DNA of 64,000 nt from Lytechinus pictus (Eukaryota), in the NCBI RefSeq assembly GCF_037042905.1, contig NC_087250.1:11348001-11412000 (forward strand). Direction: 5' to 3'. This document shows positions 25,327 through 38,534 of this stretch, one piece after another. The position numbers were made by a program, and so were the translations under genes. The notes under the pieces are model-generated. The model had not been told where the DNA came from. It ran no database searches and saw only the letters and a list, made by a program, of their open reading frames with translations. Position 1 is the first letter of the stretch. Every line of letters starts with the position of its first letter.

Positions 25327-27830
25327 CTATCTAAGCTAGACGAATAGCGCGATCCCCGGTCTTCGGTCTTCGTTTTCCAGACACCCAACAACAGGTTTGG
25401 AAAACGAAGATCGAATACCGGGGGCATGCGTTGTCAATGGTAGTAAAATTGCAAATTAATGTCAGCCAAGTAGGAAAAACCAGTTCACAGAATGTAACTC
25501 TGGAAAATGGAACAACGGCATACAGGTCTAACTGGTCGAGTTCATTTTACTGGACCAGTTAAGAATTAAACTGGTCTGAAATTACTGGTCTAGAGTTAAC
25601 CTTTAACTGGAAATTTGAAACTGGTCTTGATTGATTACTGGAGTTTGTTACTTGTCTCAGTAGAATAGTGGTGTAAACTGGGAGACCTATCCCGCCTCAA
25701 CTGGTCTAACTATACTATTTATTGACACAAGCAATTAACATGACTTCATTATCAGCCAATTAATGACAATAATGTATTCAAGATCAGAATATTCTTGAAT
25801 TTGAGCTGAATAATAGAGGCCTTCATAATGACATTTATAAGTGGTATCTTAGCTAAACGAATGCGATCCCCGGTCTTCGGTCTTCGTTTTCCAGACACCC
25901 AACAACGGGTTTGGAAAACGAAGATCGAATACCGGGGGCATGCGTTGTCAATGGTAGTAAAATTGCAAATTAATGTCAGCCAAGTAGGAAAAACCAGTTC
26001 ACAGAATGTGAAATTACTGGTCTAGAGTTAACCTTTAACTGGAAATTTGAAACTGGTCTTGATTGATTACTGGAGTTTGTTACTTGTCTCAGTAGAATAG
26101 TGGTGTAAACTGGGAGACCTATCCCGCCTCAACTGGTCTAACTATACTATTTATTGACACAAGCAATTAACATGACTTCATTATCAGCCAATTAATGACA
26201 ATAATGTATTCAAGATCAGAATATTCTTGAATTTGAGCTGAATAATAGAGGCCTTCATAATGACATTTATAAGTGGTATCTTAGCTAAACGAATGCGATC
26301 CCCGGTCTTCGGTCTTCGTTTTCCAGACACCCAACAACAGGTTTGGAAAACGAAGATCGAATACCGGGGGCATGCGTTGTCAATGGTAGTAAAATTGCAA
26401 ATTAATGTCAGCCAAGTAGGAAAAACCAGTTCACAGAATGTAACTCTGGAAAATGGAACAACGGCATACAGGTCTAACTGGTCGAGTTCATTTTACTGGA
26501 CCAGTTAAGAATTAAACTGGTCTGAAATTACTGGTCTAGAGTTAACCTTTAACTGGAAATTTGAAACTGGTCTTGATTGATTACTGGAGTTTGTTACTTG
26601 TCTCAGTAGAATAGTGGTGTAAACTGGGAGACCTATCCCGCCTCAACTGGTCTAACTATACTATTTATTGACACAAGCAATTAACATGACTTCATTATCA
26701 GCCAATTAATGACAATAATGTATTCAAGATCAGAATATTCTTGAATTTGAGCTGAATAATAGAGGCCTTCATAATGACATTTATAAGTGGTATCTTAGCT
26801 AAACGAATGCGATCCCCGGTCTTCGGTCTTCGTTTTCCAGACACCCAACAACGGGTTTGGAAAACGAAGATCGAATACCGGGGGCATGCGTTGTCAATGG
26901 TAGTAAAATTGCAAATTAATGTCAGCCAAGTAGGAAAAACCAGTTCACAGAATGTGAAATTACTGGTCTAGAGTTAACCTTTAACTGGAAATTTGAAACT
27001 GGTCTTGATTGATTACTGGAGTTTGTTACTTGTCTCAGTAGAATAGTGGTGTAAACTGGGAGACCTATCCCGCCTCAACTGGTCTAACTATACTATTTAT
27101 TGACACAAGCAATTAACATGACTTCATTATCAGCCAATTAATGACAATAATGTATTCAAGATCAGAATATTCTTGAATTTGAGCTGAATAATAGAGGCCT
27201 TCATAATGACATTTATAAGTGGTATCTTAGCTAAACGAATGCGATCCCCGGTCTTCGGTCTTCGTTTTCCAGACACCCAACAACAGGTTTGGAAAACGAA
27301 GATCGAATACCGGGGGCATGCGTTGTCAATGGTAGTAAAATTGCAAATTAATGTCAGCCAAGTAGGAAAAACCAGTTCACAGAATGTAACTCTGGAAAAT
27401 GGAACAACGGCATACAGGTCTAACTGGTCGAGTTCATTTTACTGGACCAGTTAAGAATTAAACTGGTCTGAAATTACTGGTCTAGAGTTAACCTTTAACT
27501 GGAAATTTGAAACTGGTCTTGATTGATTACTGGAGTTTGTTACTTGTCTCAGTAGAATAGTGGTGTAAACTGGGAGACCTATCCCGCCTCAACTGGTCTA
27601 ACTATACTATTTATTGACACAAGCAATTAACATGACTTCATTATCAGCCAATTAATGACAATAATGTATTCAAGATCAGAATATTCTTGAATTTGAGCTG
27701 AATAATAGAGGCCTTCATAATGACATTTATAAGTGGTATCTTAGCTAAACGAATGCGATCCCCGGTCTTCGGTCTTCGTTTTCCAGACACCCAACAACGG
27801 GTTTGGAAAACGAAGATCGAAGACCAGGGA
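25327..27830. repeat. Tandem array of alternating 514- and 432-bp units (946-bp higher-order repeat)
   Basis: Recurrent ORF starts at 25828/26774/27720 and 26260/27206; the short unit lacks an 82-bp block. Confidence 0.95.
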
Positions 27831-28352
27831 CCCGCGTATTGTCAATGTGAGAACATGTGTAGGGGGCAAGGTCCAAGGTCCATTCTAACCCGCGCACGTG
27901 TTTTGTACACACTTTGCACTGCTTTGTACACACTTCGGGCGTGAACTACAAACGCTTTTCACACGAGTGTGATATGAGTTCCCGGTCTTCGGTCTTCGTT
28001 TTCCAGACACCCTGCAATTGATCGCAAATACTTTCTTCAACACCCCCTTCGTGTCACAACTCCTATGGAACGGCCGATTCTACCAACGTTTTATTGCTGT
28101 TCCAGACTTTGGTAAAATAATGGTCTGTAATGCATAAATTCATTTTCTCACCCCTGCCTATACAGTATTATGTGTCTCACCTTTGACTATGCGTACGCGA
28201 GAGTCGGTTACTCGTGTGCAAATTCGGGGAAGAGTGGAGGATATACTGTATTTAGGTGACCAGATTTGGACAGACAAAATACGGGACACTTTGAGATCAG
28301 ATATATAGAACCCAACATTTTATGGGGCTGCTGTCCATATTCTTAAATGATA

Positions 28353-31300
28353 CAGTGCCGGCCGCAGGAAACGTCACGCCCGAGCACGCAAACACCCTAG
28401 GGGGCTTTCGCGTCTAACCGAGGGTATTCAAGGGGAGCAGACTAGGGTGTTTAGACGCACCCGCAGTTTCCTGCGTGCTATATAATATTGGCCATGCCCG
28501 CACTTATCCTCGGGTACCCTAAGGTACGTACATTGCATTATGTTTACATGTGCATGTACTTTGGTTATCTTGTGATAGACCATTATGTTTTTAAACTAGC
28601 GTGATCGGAATCTATTGTAGATTATTATTTTTTTTTTAGATGTTATTTTTCCCCCTTTTTTTTTTTCTGTTTTCCCTTTTAATTCTTTTCCCTTATTCCC
28701 TCTTTCCCTTCTTCCTTCATGTTTTCTTCTGTCTTTGTTTCTTTCAAATAATGAAGGAATTCGTTTTTCTTTCTTTCTCTTTTCCTCCATTTTTCTTACT
28801 CTTCTCTTTTCTCTCCTTATGTTTTTTCTTTCACACATTTATTCATCTTCCCTTCCTTTATTTTAATTCTTTCTTTCTTTATTCATTACAAGTAATGACG
28901 GAAACCGTTCTCTCTTTTATTCAAACTTTTTTCTTTTAATTTTTCCTTATTTTTTCTTTCCTCTCAATTCATTTCTTGTTTCCTCATTATTTTTCTCTTT
29001 TCTTTCTTCCGCTCACCCTCCCTTCCCCTTTCTTAATATATTTTGTTAAAAAGTCTAACATTGTGTAGCCTTTTTGTTGATTTTTTGGCCTGGCTCGGTC
29101 GATCCGATGGTACATAGTGCTTTGTCGATTGTCCCGTATTTGATTTTGTGAAATCTGGTCACCCTGGCTGGAACATCGAATTTATTGTTTTTCATTTACC
29201 GCAATTAATCTAATTTGATGCATTAGGTAAACTTTTTTCCTTACGCCTTACGTGGGAGGCATACATGTATCATACAAACTTGTTTAAAAAAAAATAGGAC
29301 ACAATTGTGATTTAATGTCATGGAGATCAATTCTCTATCTTTTGGGATAATCTTTTTTCCATACGTACCCATTCCTCTCCCTTCAGCGTAAACTATACAC
29401 CTAATCACATCTCCTTATTATGAACAGTGTAAGAACTAGAAAACATTTGAAACATTCTTCCTTGAGTTTAACGGGGTGCACAGGGTGGTATCAGGAAAGA
29501 AGAAAGAAAGGCATATCAACAAAAAATAATTAAAATAGATAAAAGGCATTAATAAGCAGACTTGATTTTTTTGTAAATCAAAATTGACAAGTTATTAACA
29601 GAGTGAATGTTAACAAACATTAATGACAAACTTAAAATAAAACAGAATTATGAATATCAAGGGCATTTGCGAATTCTCATTATGTTAAAACAAACGTGTG
29701 GTCAATATTGGGATCGTCAATTCGTTGACATGGTTGATCAAACCCTAATAAAGGGAATGAAAGGTACGTGAAAACGAATACTAGTATGACCAAGATCATA
29801 CAAAGTAGACGTGCAAAAAGCAAACACCGGCGAAACTGGTTGTGCTTATCGATTTGTTATTTGGTTCTTTTGTTATTGTCAACAGACTGGTAGAGTCTTG
29901 CTCCCCGCCCACACATTTGATCTCCTTTGATCACATCTGCTTCCCAATTTATGACCGGATGTTCATAGAAATGAGGGGGGGGGGGATTAATTTGTTGATG
30001 CGCTAACAACAATAAATGAGGATGTTCTTTTCATTTCGGTTCAAATCGGGTCTCTAAAACCCTCACCCTATAAAAAATATAAATTTACCTAAATGTAATA
30101 GATGTAACAGATTTATCTTTTTGCTAAACATCTGATTATATTACCTGCTCTCTATTGCGGTTTTTAAGTTACATTGGTAGATATTCAAATTGGGAAGAGA
30201 TGAAAGTGGTGGAAATAATAAAGGAGAAGAAGGAAGAGGAGGATGAGAAAAATGAAGAGGGGTTCCAGCTTCATAGTGAGAACAACGCATATATTTCGCG
30301 CAATTTTATACAAAATAATAGATGGGATTAAAACGAATATTAATATCCATGATACACCTACATGATGATAATCACACGAATAATTGACGTCGAAGTAAAG
30401 ATTAAACTATAATATTTACGAACTGCGGTTTTATGTTGATAGATTTGTCGGACATCAATTAAAGTTATAAACGTTTTTTATTTATTTATTTTATTTCAGT
30501 AAAGCAAGATTTTCCATCGAAATATATTTTGTTATATATATGAATTGGAAATGATAAAACCAAGTCACAACTTGGTATAATACAGAATTCAGTGTTATAT
30601 GGCAGCTAAAAATAATAATACATGACATTTGTAAAGCGCACTTTCCATCTTGATTGGATGCTCAATGCGCTTCAGAGCAAAGCAGCAAAAGCTATTTACA
30701 TAATGTAACTATTAAAAAAAAAATCTAGCACATTTAGCTTCTATGTTTAAACACATACCCAAGTAAAAGTATGTTTTCGAAAGCTACTATGACGTAGTGT
30801 ATGGAATGGGTACTTAACGAGTTAATTATCACTTGCCGACAAAGCAAGAATGGAGCTATACAAACCATTATTTTCTTTTGTTAAGAGTTTTGGTGGGTGC
30901 TCACGCAAACGCTAACTATCAAACCTAACAATTCTTTTCGGGGGAACAACGGAATTAGTCAAGCCAAGTTAAAGAATGAAAGCCCCGTCCCGGTTCACCT
31001 CTATATAGTCGAAAATCCTTTTAATCATCACGTGTGAACATTACTGAGTAAAACAAGTTTCATAACTAAGTACCGCAGAACTATATGGTATCCATATTAC
31101 CATGAAACAATAAGCCCCCTCTATTTTTTCTTTCTCCCCTTTCCCCTTCTTTTCTTCGCTCGCTTCTGCTTCTCTCACTTTTTCTATTTTCCTTCTCATT
31201 TTCCCTCCATCCCTTCCTATTTGCCTTTTTCTTTCATTTTTCTTTCTTCTTTCTTGAATGAGCGGATGTTAATTCGGGACAAGTTTTTAATTGATGCAAC

Positions 31301-32578
31301 GAGAGCAGGAAATTGTGAGCAAGGTGAGAGAAAATAATTACAAGATTGAGCGCAAGAATATTCAATACTTGTCATCGGCGTAAAAAATGGGCAGATGCGA
31401 GTTACTAACGTATTTTCTGATATGAAAAACTGGACAATTTCCCAAATTTTTCTTCCCGCTTTCTCTCTTTTCCTCTACCTTTTCTTTAGCCCAACTTCTA
31501 TTGTCCCCTGTACTTCTTACCTTTTCCTGCACCCTTCCTTCTCTTCCCTCCTTCGCTTTTTTATTCCATTTTATTATGTCTCCCTTGTTCATTTTATTTA
31601 ATTTCCCCCTCCTTATCATTCTCTCTTTCTCCTTCTGTCCTTCCTTTTCTTCCTTTGACTCTTCTTCTCCCCTTCGATTTTCAATCTATTTTCATTTTCC
31701 CTCTTTTCTTTCTGTCTCACCTTCCCTTTTTTATCCCCTCTGTTTTCTTCTCGATTTTCACCTTTTCCTTATTTCTTTTCTTTACCCCCTCTCCCTCTTT
31801 CTCCTCTTCGCCCCCCCCCCCCCCCTCTATTTTCTCTTTCTCCCCTTTCCCCTTCTCTCACTTTTTTTCTATTTCTCTTATCTCTTTCCTTCTCGTCTTC
31901 AATCCATCCCTTCATATTCGCCTTTTCTTTCATTTTTGTTTTCTTCTTCTCCCTTTTATCTGCATCTCGTAGATCCGCGCCTGAATAGCATGTCAGGGTA
32001 TATAAAAAAAAGGATGACCATTCAGGGAAAGAATAGAGTAAATAGTTATAGGACGACCTCCGGAATGTAGGGTCAACATCGACAAATACCTGCTCCTTTG
32101 TCAGAAACTCATTTACGATCACGACTAACCATGTCAGTGAATGAAATAACGGACACCACGGGAAGAATATTAATATATAGGAAAGGACCCTTTACGCTGG
32201 TGCCAGTGTGTAATCGAACACAATAAGTAATTCGGTGAAAAAGCCTAAAATCCCAGTTATCAACCCAAAAGTTTGTAATTTTCATAACAGATTTTATCCA
32301 CGATAAATAATCGAAAACTTATGCTTGATATGAGATAAAAATCACATGCAGTCTTGAATGTGTCAAATCAGTCCTCTTCTTTCGACCAAGAATGACCGAA
32401 CATCCTATGGAAACACCCTAGGATAGACGCGGGACTACCCTCGGGCGCTCCCCTAGGGCACTCATGTCCTAGGGGAGTGGACGCGGGCGTCTTCCCTCGT
32501 CCGCTCCCCTCAAATGTCCGCTACGGGCTACCGCGTTCGCCCTAGGGGGCACTGTGACGTTTCCCGCGGCCGGCACTG
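28353..32578. mobile_element. Non-autonomous Tc1/mariner/pogo-type element, 4.2 kb
   Basis: 25-bp TIR CAGTGCCGGCCGC(A/G)GGAAACGTCAC at both ends, each flanked by TA; no transposase ORF seen. Confidence 0.8.
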
Positions 32579-32755
32579 TACATTAAAATACATATTGAAA
32601 TGAAAAAGGTATAATAGTAAATAAATATGTGAGCAGTTATAATTATTCAATCACTTTATTCATAATCAATTTACTTTTTAAAATCTTGTTTATTATAACT
32701 TACAATCAGTCATTTAGAGTGCTCACGTGCAGCAGGGTATGAAGATGAGTGTGTT

Positions 32756-32758
<3 letters not shown>

Positions 32759-32787
<29 letters not shown>
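32759..32787. repeat. (GT)n microsatellite
   Basis: Visible dinucleotide run. Confidence 0.95.
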
Positions 32788-32789
<2 letters not shown>

Positions 32790-33121
32790 GTGGGTGTTGG
32801 AATTCCTATGCATACATGGCCTAGCTTTGGAAGAATCAGAGAAAGAAAAGGATTTGGGCACTACCTTCTTCAGCCATGATGGTATCCTTTTTCTTCAGTT
32901 GGTATCACTGAGCTCACTTCAAAACCCTCTGCGGGTATGCTTTTCTCTCTGTCCTCCACTTGTCCTAGGTTGATTCCTAAAGTTTAAAGGAAACAGATTC
33001 TTAATAAGATGAACATTAGAAATAAATTTATCAAAAAATTAATTTATTAATTATAGTTTAATTAGCATTTGGACTTAATAAAGGTAGTTCGTTGTTGTTG
33101 TTTATTAATATATGTCCTTAA

Positions 33122-34250
33122 AGGGGAGTCCAGCCAAAATAAAAACTTGTTTTAAAAGCAAAGATAAAAATCATACAAGTTGATAGGTAAAAGTTCGAGC
33201 AATATCACACAAACAATAAGACAGTTATGAATTTTTAGAATTGCATATATTGGCAATCACTATTCCCATGGAGACTTCAAATTACCGCATATGTCATGTC
33301 ATAGTGATGTAAGGCTTGGGCTACTCTTCCATGGTCTCCTATCATAACATTGCTAAAATGTCATGTGGCGTGTGATACGTCGAAAACTAAACAAAACCCA
33401 AGAATCATACCGAGTCCAGTGTGTTGATGTGTGCACAATGTGACTGTTACTTCTTTCATATGTTAACAGTTATTCAATAACAATGCATTCATAACGTGCC
33501 CGAAGGCGCCAAATTCAAGTTTCTTGCCTTTCATACACAACTACGCCACGTACAACTGTACGCTTTCTATTACGTAGTGCATGCAGGTATACGTATACGG
33601 CGTTTTCATTTGAACAAATTCACTCGGCCTACATAACTCACATAATTTCCTACCTTAAGAACCATATTTCAGCATGCCACATGGCTTAAATGATAACATA
33701 ACTAATAAACCCAAAGATAAACAAATAATACTCACGTCATTGGGCTCGTATCACCAAATTAAAGAAATTTAACAAAAACTATCGCCCTCAATCGGTAAAT
33801 TTAAATCTAAAAAAAAAATCGATTTACAAGATGAAACTAAAACAGTTTCACAACAATTTGAGACATTCCAAACAATTCATCCTGTAGGCGACATGTAATA
33901 TTTCAAAAGTTTTACTTCAAATTATTGGGGGTTTTTTTTCATAAGGACATAAAGCGTTATACTACTTAAGTGATATTTAGATAAGTGCCCTAGGGAGATA
34001 AGCACTTAAGAGAAAACAACAAATCCTTGATAATTAGGTTCATGGCCTATGAAAATGTTGTCTTTGCCCCTTGTCATAATTTACTTACCCAGTTGCCAAT
34101 TTGAAATCTATATGGTCTTTATAGGAGTCTAAATTCTAAAGCAGCCATAACCTTGTTATTGCTTGTCTGATTTCCTTCAAAACTTTCAACATTCTGCTTT
34201 AGTTTTCTCCTTTCCAACACAACATTTGATAACCAAGGGTGGATTCCCCT
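33122..34250. mobile_element. TTAA-flanked non-autonomous DNA transposon (Kolobok-like ends AGGGGA.TCC)
   Basis: TTAA-AGGGGAGTCCA ... TGGATTCCCCT-TGAA; homologous to 60887-62167 in the opposite orientation. Confidence 0.7.
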
Positions 34251-34464
34251 TGAAGACATGAAATAATGAAAAGTAGAATGCATTTACAAGCCATCATGAT
34301 CTCATGGCTCTATTTCGTATGTTAAAGTTAATAAACGAGGGGTTTCGCATTAAGCGCGCTAAGAGGCCTTTACGAAATAAAGATCTATAGACAATTCAAT
34401 AATTTTTCTTTTCTTTTACGCTTAAAGGATTTCGTACAAAGCAAGGGTTTTTCGGTATAATATA

Positions 34465-35427
34465 AAGTGCGTATCCAAAAAAAGTTTACACTTTGAAAAA
34501 GCTCGGAATAAAAAAAACTACATGTGGGTAGTTTTTTCACATATATTCTTGGGTTTGGGTCTAATCTTCCCAATTAAAGTAAAGGTTTCGACAGAATGTT
34601 ACATTTGAGTGAGCACTGTCCATTTTTGTAAAGCTCGCAGAAATCTGTTTGCGCAGAAATGCTCGTTCTCACGCTGTGTCAAGTGAAAAGGGCGAAATCA
34701 AACTTACCCTACGAAGCATTTCTCATACATTTCCCTTGCACTTTTAGTCAATTAAAATAAAACAGATACATTCAAGCATTTTGTAACAATTTTGTCACCC
34801 AAATTGAAATTTCAACACTTAGTAAGCACAATATTTACCCTTTTTGTGCCAGTTGGATCTGAGGGCATAAACTGAATCTGAATAAAATTTTATTTCAGAC
34901 ATCTCCTGCATTTTCACTAAGTTTTCATCATTTAAAGTGGGTTTATACTCCATTTTTCATTTAATACTTGTTTCTCCACACTTTTCCCAAGCTTGACAAT
35001 GATTAAAAAAATGAAAATCAAGCCAAAGCCATTTCAAGTAAATCACAGCTCAGTGTAAAGCAAATATCATCACGATGGCCTCGGTGTGTGGGGGAGTGGG
35101 GGTGGGCGCAATGCACTCTTTGAAGTGTTTTGGGCAAATAAACTTTAAAAAAAGGCAAACGATATCTTTAAATCTATTTTACTAACTAAATTCCATGTGT
35201 TATTTATGATTAATGTCTACTTCAAAGTTCTGCGCAAATCATTTTTCACTAACTTTTCAAAAGCAAGTGGTGCTCACTAAAGCGGTAATATTTTTCAACA
35301 GTTATATCGTTATTTGCTTAAATGGACCTGTACCAATATTAAAATGTGGAAAAATCTTCACAATATTACAAATGTATAATTTTACAGGATTTTTTCTAAG
35401 TGTAAACTTTTTTTTTGATACGCACTG
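34465..35427. mobile_element. Tc1-like MITE
   Basis: TIR (C)AGTGCGTATC(A)nGTTTACACT at both ends, flanked by TA; fragments also at about 17010-17092 and 53910-54030. Confidence 0.8.
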
Positions 35428-35514
35428 TAGAGTGATCACTAATTGAATACAAAATCCGAGATTCTAGATTCTTCTTTGTGTATTCAAAATTATAAATGAA
35501 TATATCATTCTCCA

Positions 35515-36480
35515 GGGCCTTTGATACGATAGGTCTTGATATTATCTTACACAAACTATCCTATTATGGTATAAGATAATATATCTTGGAGTGGTTCAGG
35601 AATTACCTAACAGATCACAATACGTTTTTGTTAATGGGTGCAAATCTTACTCGGAAAATAGAACATGTGGTGTACCACAGGGATCACTCCTCACCCCCTA
35701 TTATTTATATTGTTTATAAACGACTTCCATACATCTTCAAAATCAATATTTATCATTTATTTCAAATCATATTTTACTCCCATCGTGACCCGACAGCCTT
35801 ACTTAATATAATGAATGCTGAATCGGATACGGGCTAATAAACTGTCTCCGAACATACAGAAGATTAATTAAATGTTTTCTAGTAACTCAATACAAACACT
35901 TCGTGGTGACATATACATTAATGGGGTTAATATTGACTGTTTTCAATTAGCACAACTTTCTCAGGATATTTATCAACAATAAACTATCATGGAAAACGAT
36001 ATTCGTCGTAGAGGGGTCTCTAGAAACATTGGTGTCATAAATAAATTAAAGACTTTCCTACCACACAATACTTTTAATCCTCTACTCAACCCTAGCACCC
36101 CCCCCCCCTTTTTAATTATGGAGATTTCATTTGGGGGAAATTCACAAATAATTCAATCAAGTAGGATTTTGTTGCTTAAAAACGAGCTGTCAGGATAACT
36201 GAAAATGCCAATTACCGTTCTCATACTAACCCGTTGTTTAAAAAATAAAATACTAAAAGTACACGATCTCTATCTTCTTAAACCTTGGAACTCTTATGTG
36301 GCCGCTATATAAAAAAAAAAAAAAAAAAAAAAAAACCTCTGCCATTACTTCACTCTTCACCAAAAACACTGACATTCATACATATCCTACAAGAAAAGCT
36401 AATCAAAATCAATATTACCCTCCTCGAAGGAGAACGACACTTGCACGAAAAAACTTTAATTCATACAGGTCGTTAATACT
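35515..36480 (+). pseudogene. Highly decayed CR1-group LINE RT remnant
   Basis: AFDTI...LHKLSYYGIR...LEWFRNYLTD...GVPQGS...SRNIGVINKLK can be read across frames. Confidence 0.75.
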
Positions 36481-38534
36481 GGAATCAGCGGCGTAACTAT
36501 GGAGGGGGGGGGGGGGCACGTGCCCTCCCACCATCGGCTGGCCCCAAAAAATGGGGGGAAGATAAAATACGGAGAAAAAAAGTATGGTACATTATAATAT
36601 GCTATATTATATATATTATGTTATGATTCATAAAAAAAATCATAACTTTATGAAACATCATTTGCTCAGGGCCTGTGTGATCTGTGCTATAGACCCGGTA
36701 CCCACATTGTCCGTTTAACAAGACATAAGATCCTGTTGTACTAAAACATCCCGTTTTCAAGTCAATATGCACCAAATATGTTTCCTCCGGCGATCTTCGA
36801 GTTGATATTGTTTTATTTAGTGACATAAAATAATAATAAAAATAAAACAATGTATTTATATAGCGCTTAGTACATGGTGTTTCTAAGCGCTTTACAAAAA
36901 CTATTAAGTAGCATACATTAATATAATTGAACATTTAGCAAACAAGAAAGGAAATGTAAAGTGTAAAGTATTATCATATTACAAATTACAAATTAGGCAA
37001 CAAAATGGCCTAATCAAGTTGGTAAATACAAAATAATAATAATAATAATAAAAACAGTGCCCATGATGAATTATCAGAAATCCAATGACAGATAAATAAT
37101 GTTCGAATAATAAAGCAGTGCAATAGCTGTACATAAACAAGAAATAAAGGAACATTCGTTTGATATTGACAAGATTAAACTTAAAACTTAAAGGATGAAT
37201 GGTAAACATAATAAAGGTAAGTTTTGAGGAAAGCTTTGAACGATTCGAATGATGGGGCATTCCTCAATTCTATGGGAAGGTCATTCCAAAGCCTTGGAGC
37301 AACAACACTAAATTTTCGGTTCCCATACCTTGTCCGAGATCTGGGTCCTCGGGCCAGTTGCAGATGAAGAAGTGTGGAAGATCGGAGTCGAATGGGGGTT
37401 GTCGGGATCCTGGGTGAGAGATGGTCGGTAATATAAGAAGGGGCTTGACCATGTTGGGTTTTGTAAGTTAGAATCAAGATTTTGAAGATGATAAGTGCAG
37501 AGACAGAAAGCCAGTGAGGAGAACGGATGATAAGGGTGATGTTGTCTTGCATTCTGGAACGAGTTACAAGCCGAGCAGCCGTGTTCTGGATACGTTTGAG
37601 AGGTTGAATGAGATAGTCTGGTAAACCGTTCAATAAGCAGTAGTCCAAATTTGATGACACACGAATGCATGAAGTAATCGTTCAGTTGCACTTGGGTTCT
37701 GATACTTTCTTATTTTCCCTATCCTGGAAATTCCAAAAGCTGCTGCTCGAGACTTAGATCGGATGTGGTCAGCCATGGTGAGATTCTGATCAAGCATCAC
37801 ACCAAGATCACAGGAAACTTTATTACATCCTACTACCGTCCCATCTCCAATCTGCAGTACGGAGAGATCCCGAGCACCTCCAAACATGAAAAAAAAGACA
37901 TGTAAAACCTAAGTTTTAGGTGCCCTGAGGGACTCCCTGGGTGAGAGATAGCGTTGTTAAATCAGCACTGTAATCTAGTAAAACCAATATCGCCTCATAA
38001 CCCTTTATCGACAGCCAGTATGAGATCCTTCATTTCTTTCACGAGCGCTGTTTCCGTTGTTTGGAATGAACGATAGGCCGACTGCATTATGGGAAAAAAG
38101 CAGTTACTTTCTAGATACGCTTTCAACTGGAAGCTTGCAACGATTTTAAGAACTGTTGCAAGGAACATTTGATTGGACACAGGTCTATAGTTCCAAAGAT
38201 CATTAGGATCTGAAACATGTTTCTTCAGCAGGGAAAAGTACTTGAGCGACCTTGAAGCTGTCAGACAGCAATCCGTTTCCAATGGAAGTGGTAACTGGCA
38301 ACAGTTCACCCATACAACAAGTGACTAATCATGTTGAAAGATGATCCGGCTGATAATATTAGGAAGCTTTTTTAACTTGGTTTTCAGATACTGGTTCAAA
38401 CGAGGAAAACTCACTATCACATCCGGGAATTTCCCCTACTTGACATGGAGTTTGGTCAAATCCTTCAATAATTTTATAAATTTCCCTCTCGAAGAATTCA
38501 CCAAAGTCATTTGCTAGTGACTCATCTGAAACTT

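Noticed and set aside
25327..27830. Repeated 65/82-aa ORFs as a tandem gene family, or the array as CRISPR
   Set aside because: The ORFs are by-products of identical satellite units. There are no unique spacers or cas genes, and the context is eukaryotic.
28596..32122. Phe/Leu/Ser-rich or Lys/Glu-rich ORFs as membrane proteins (also 7776 and 20058)
   Set aside because: They come from low-complexity polypyrimidine tracts.
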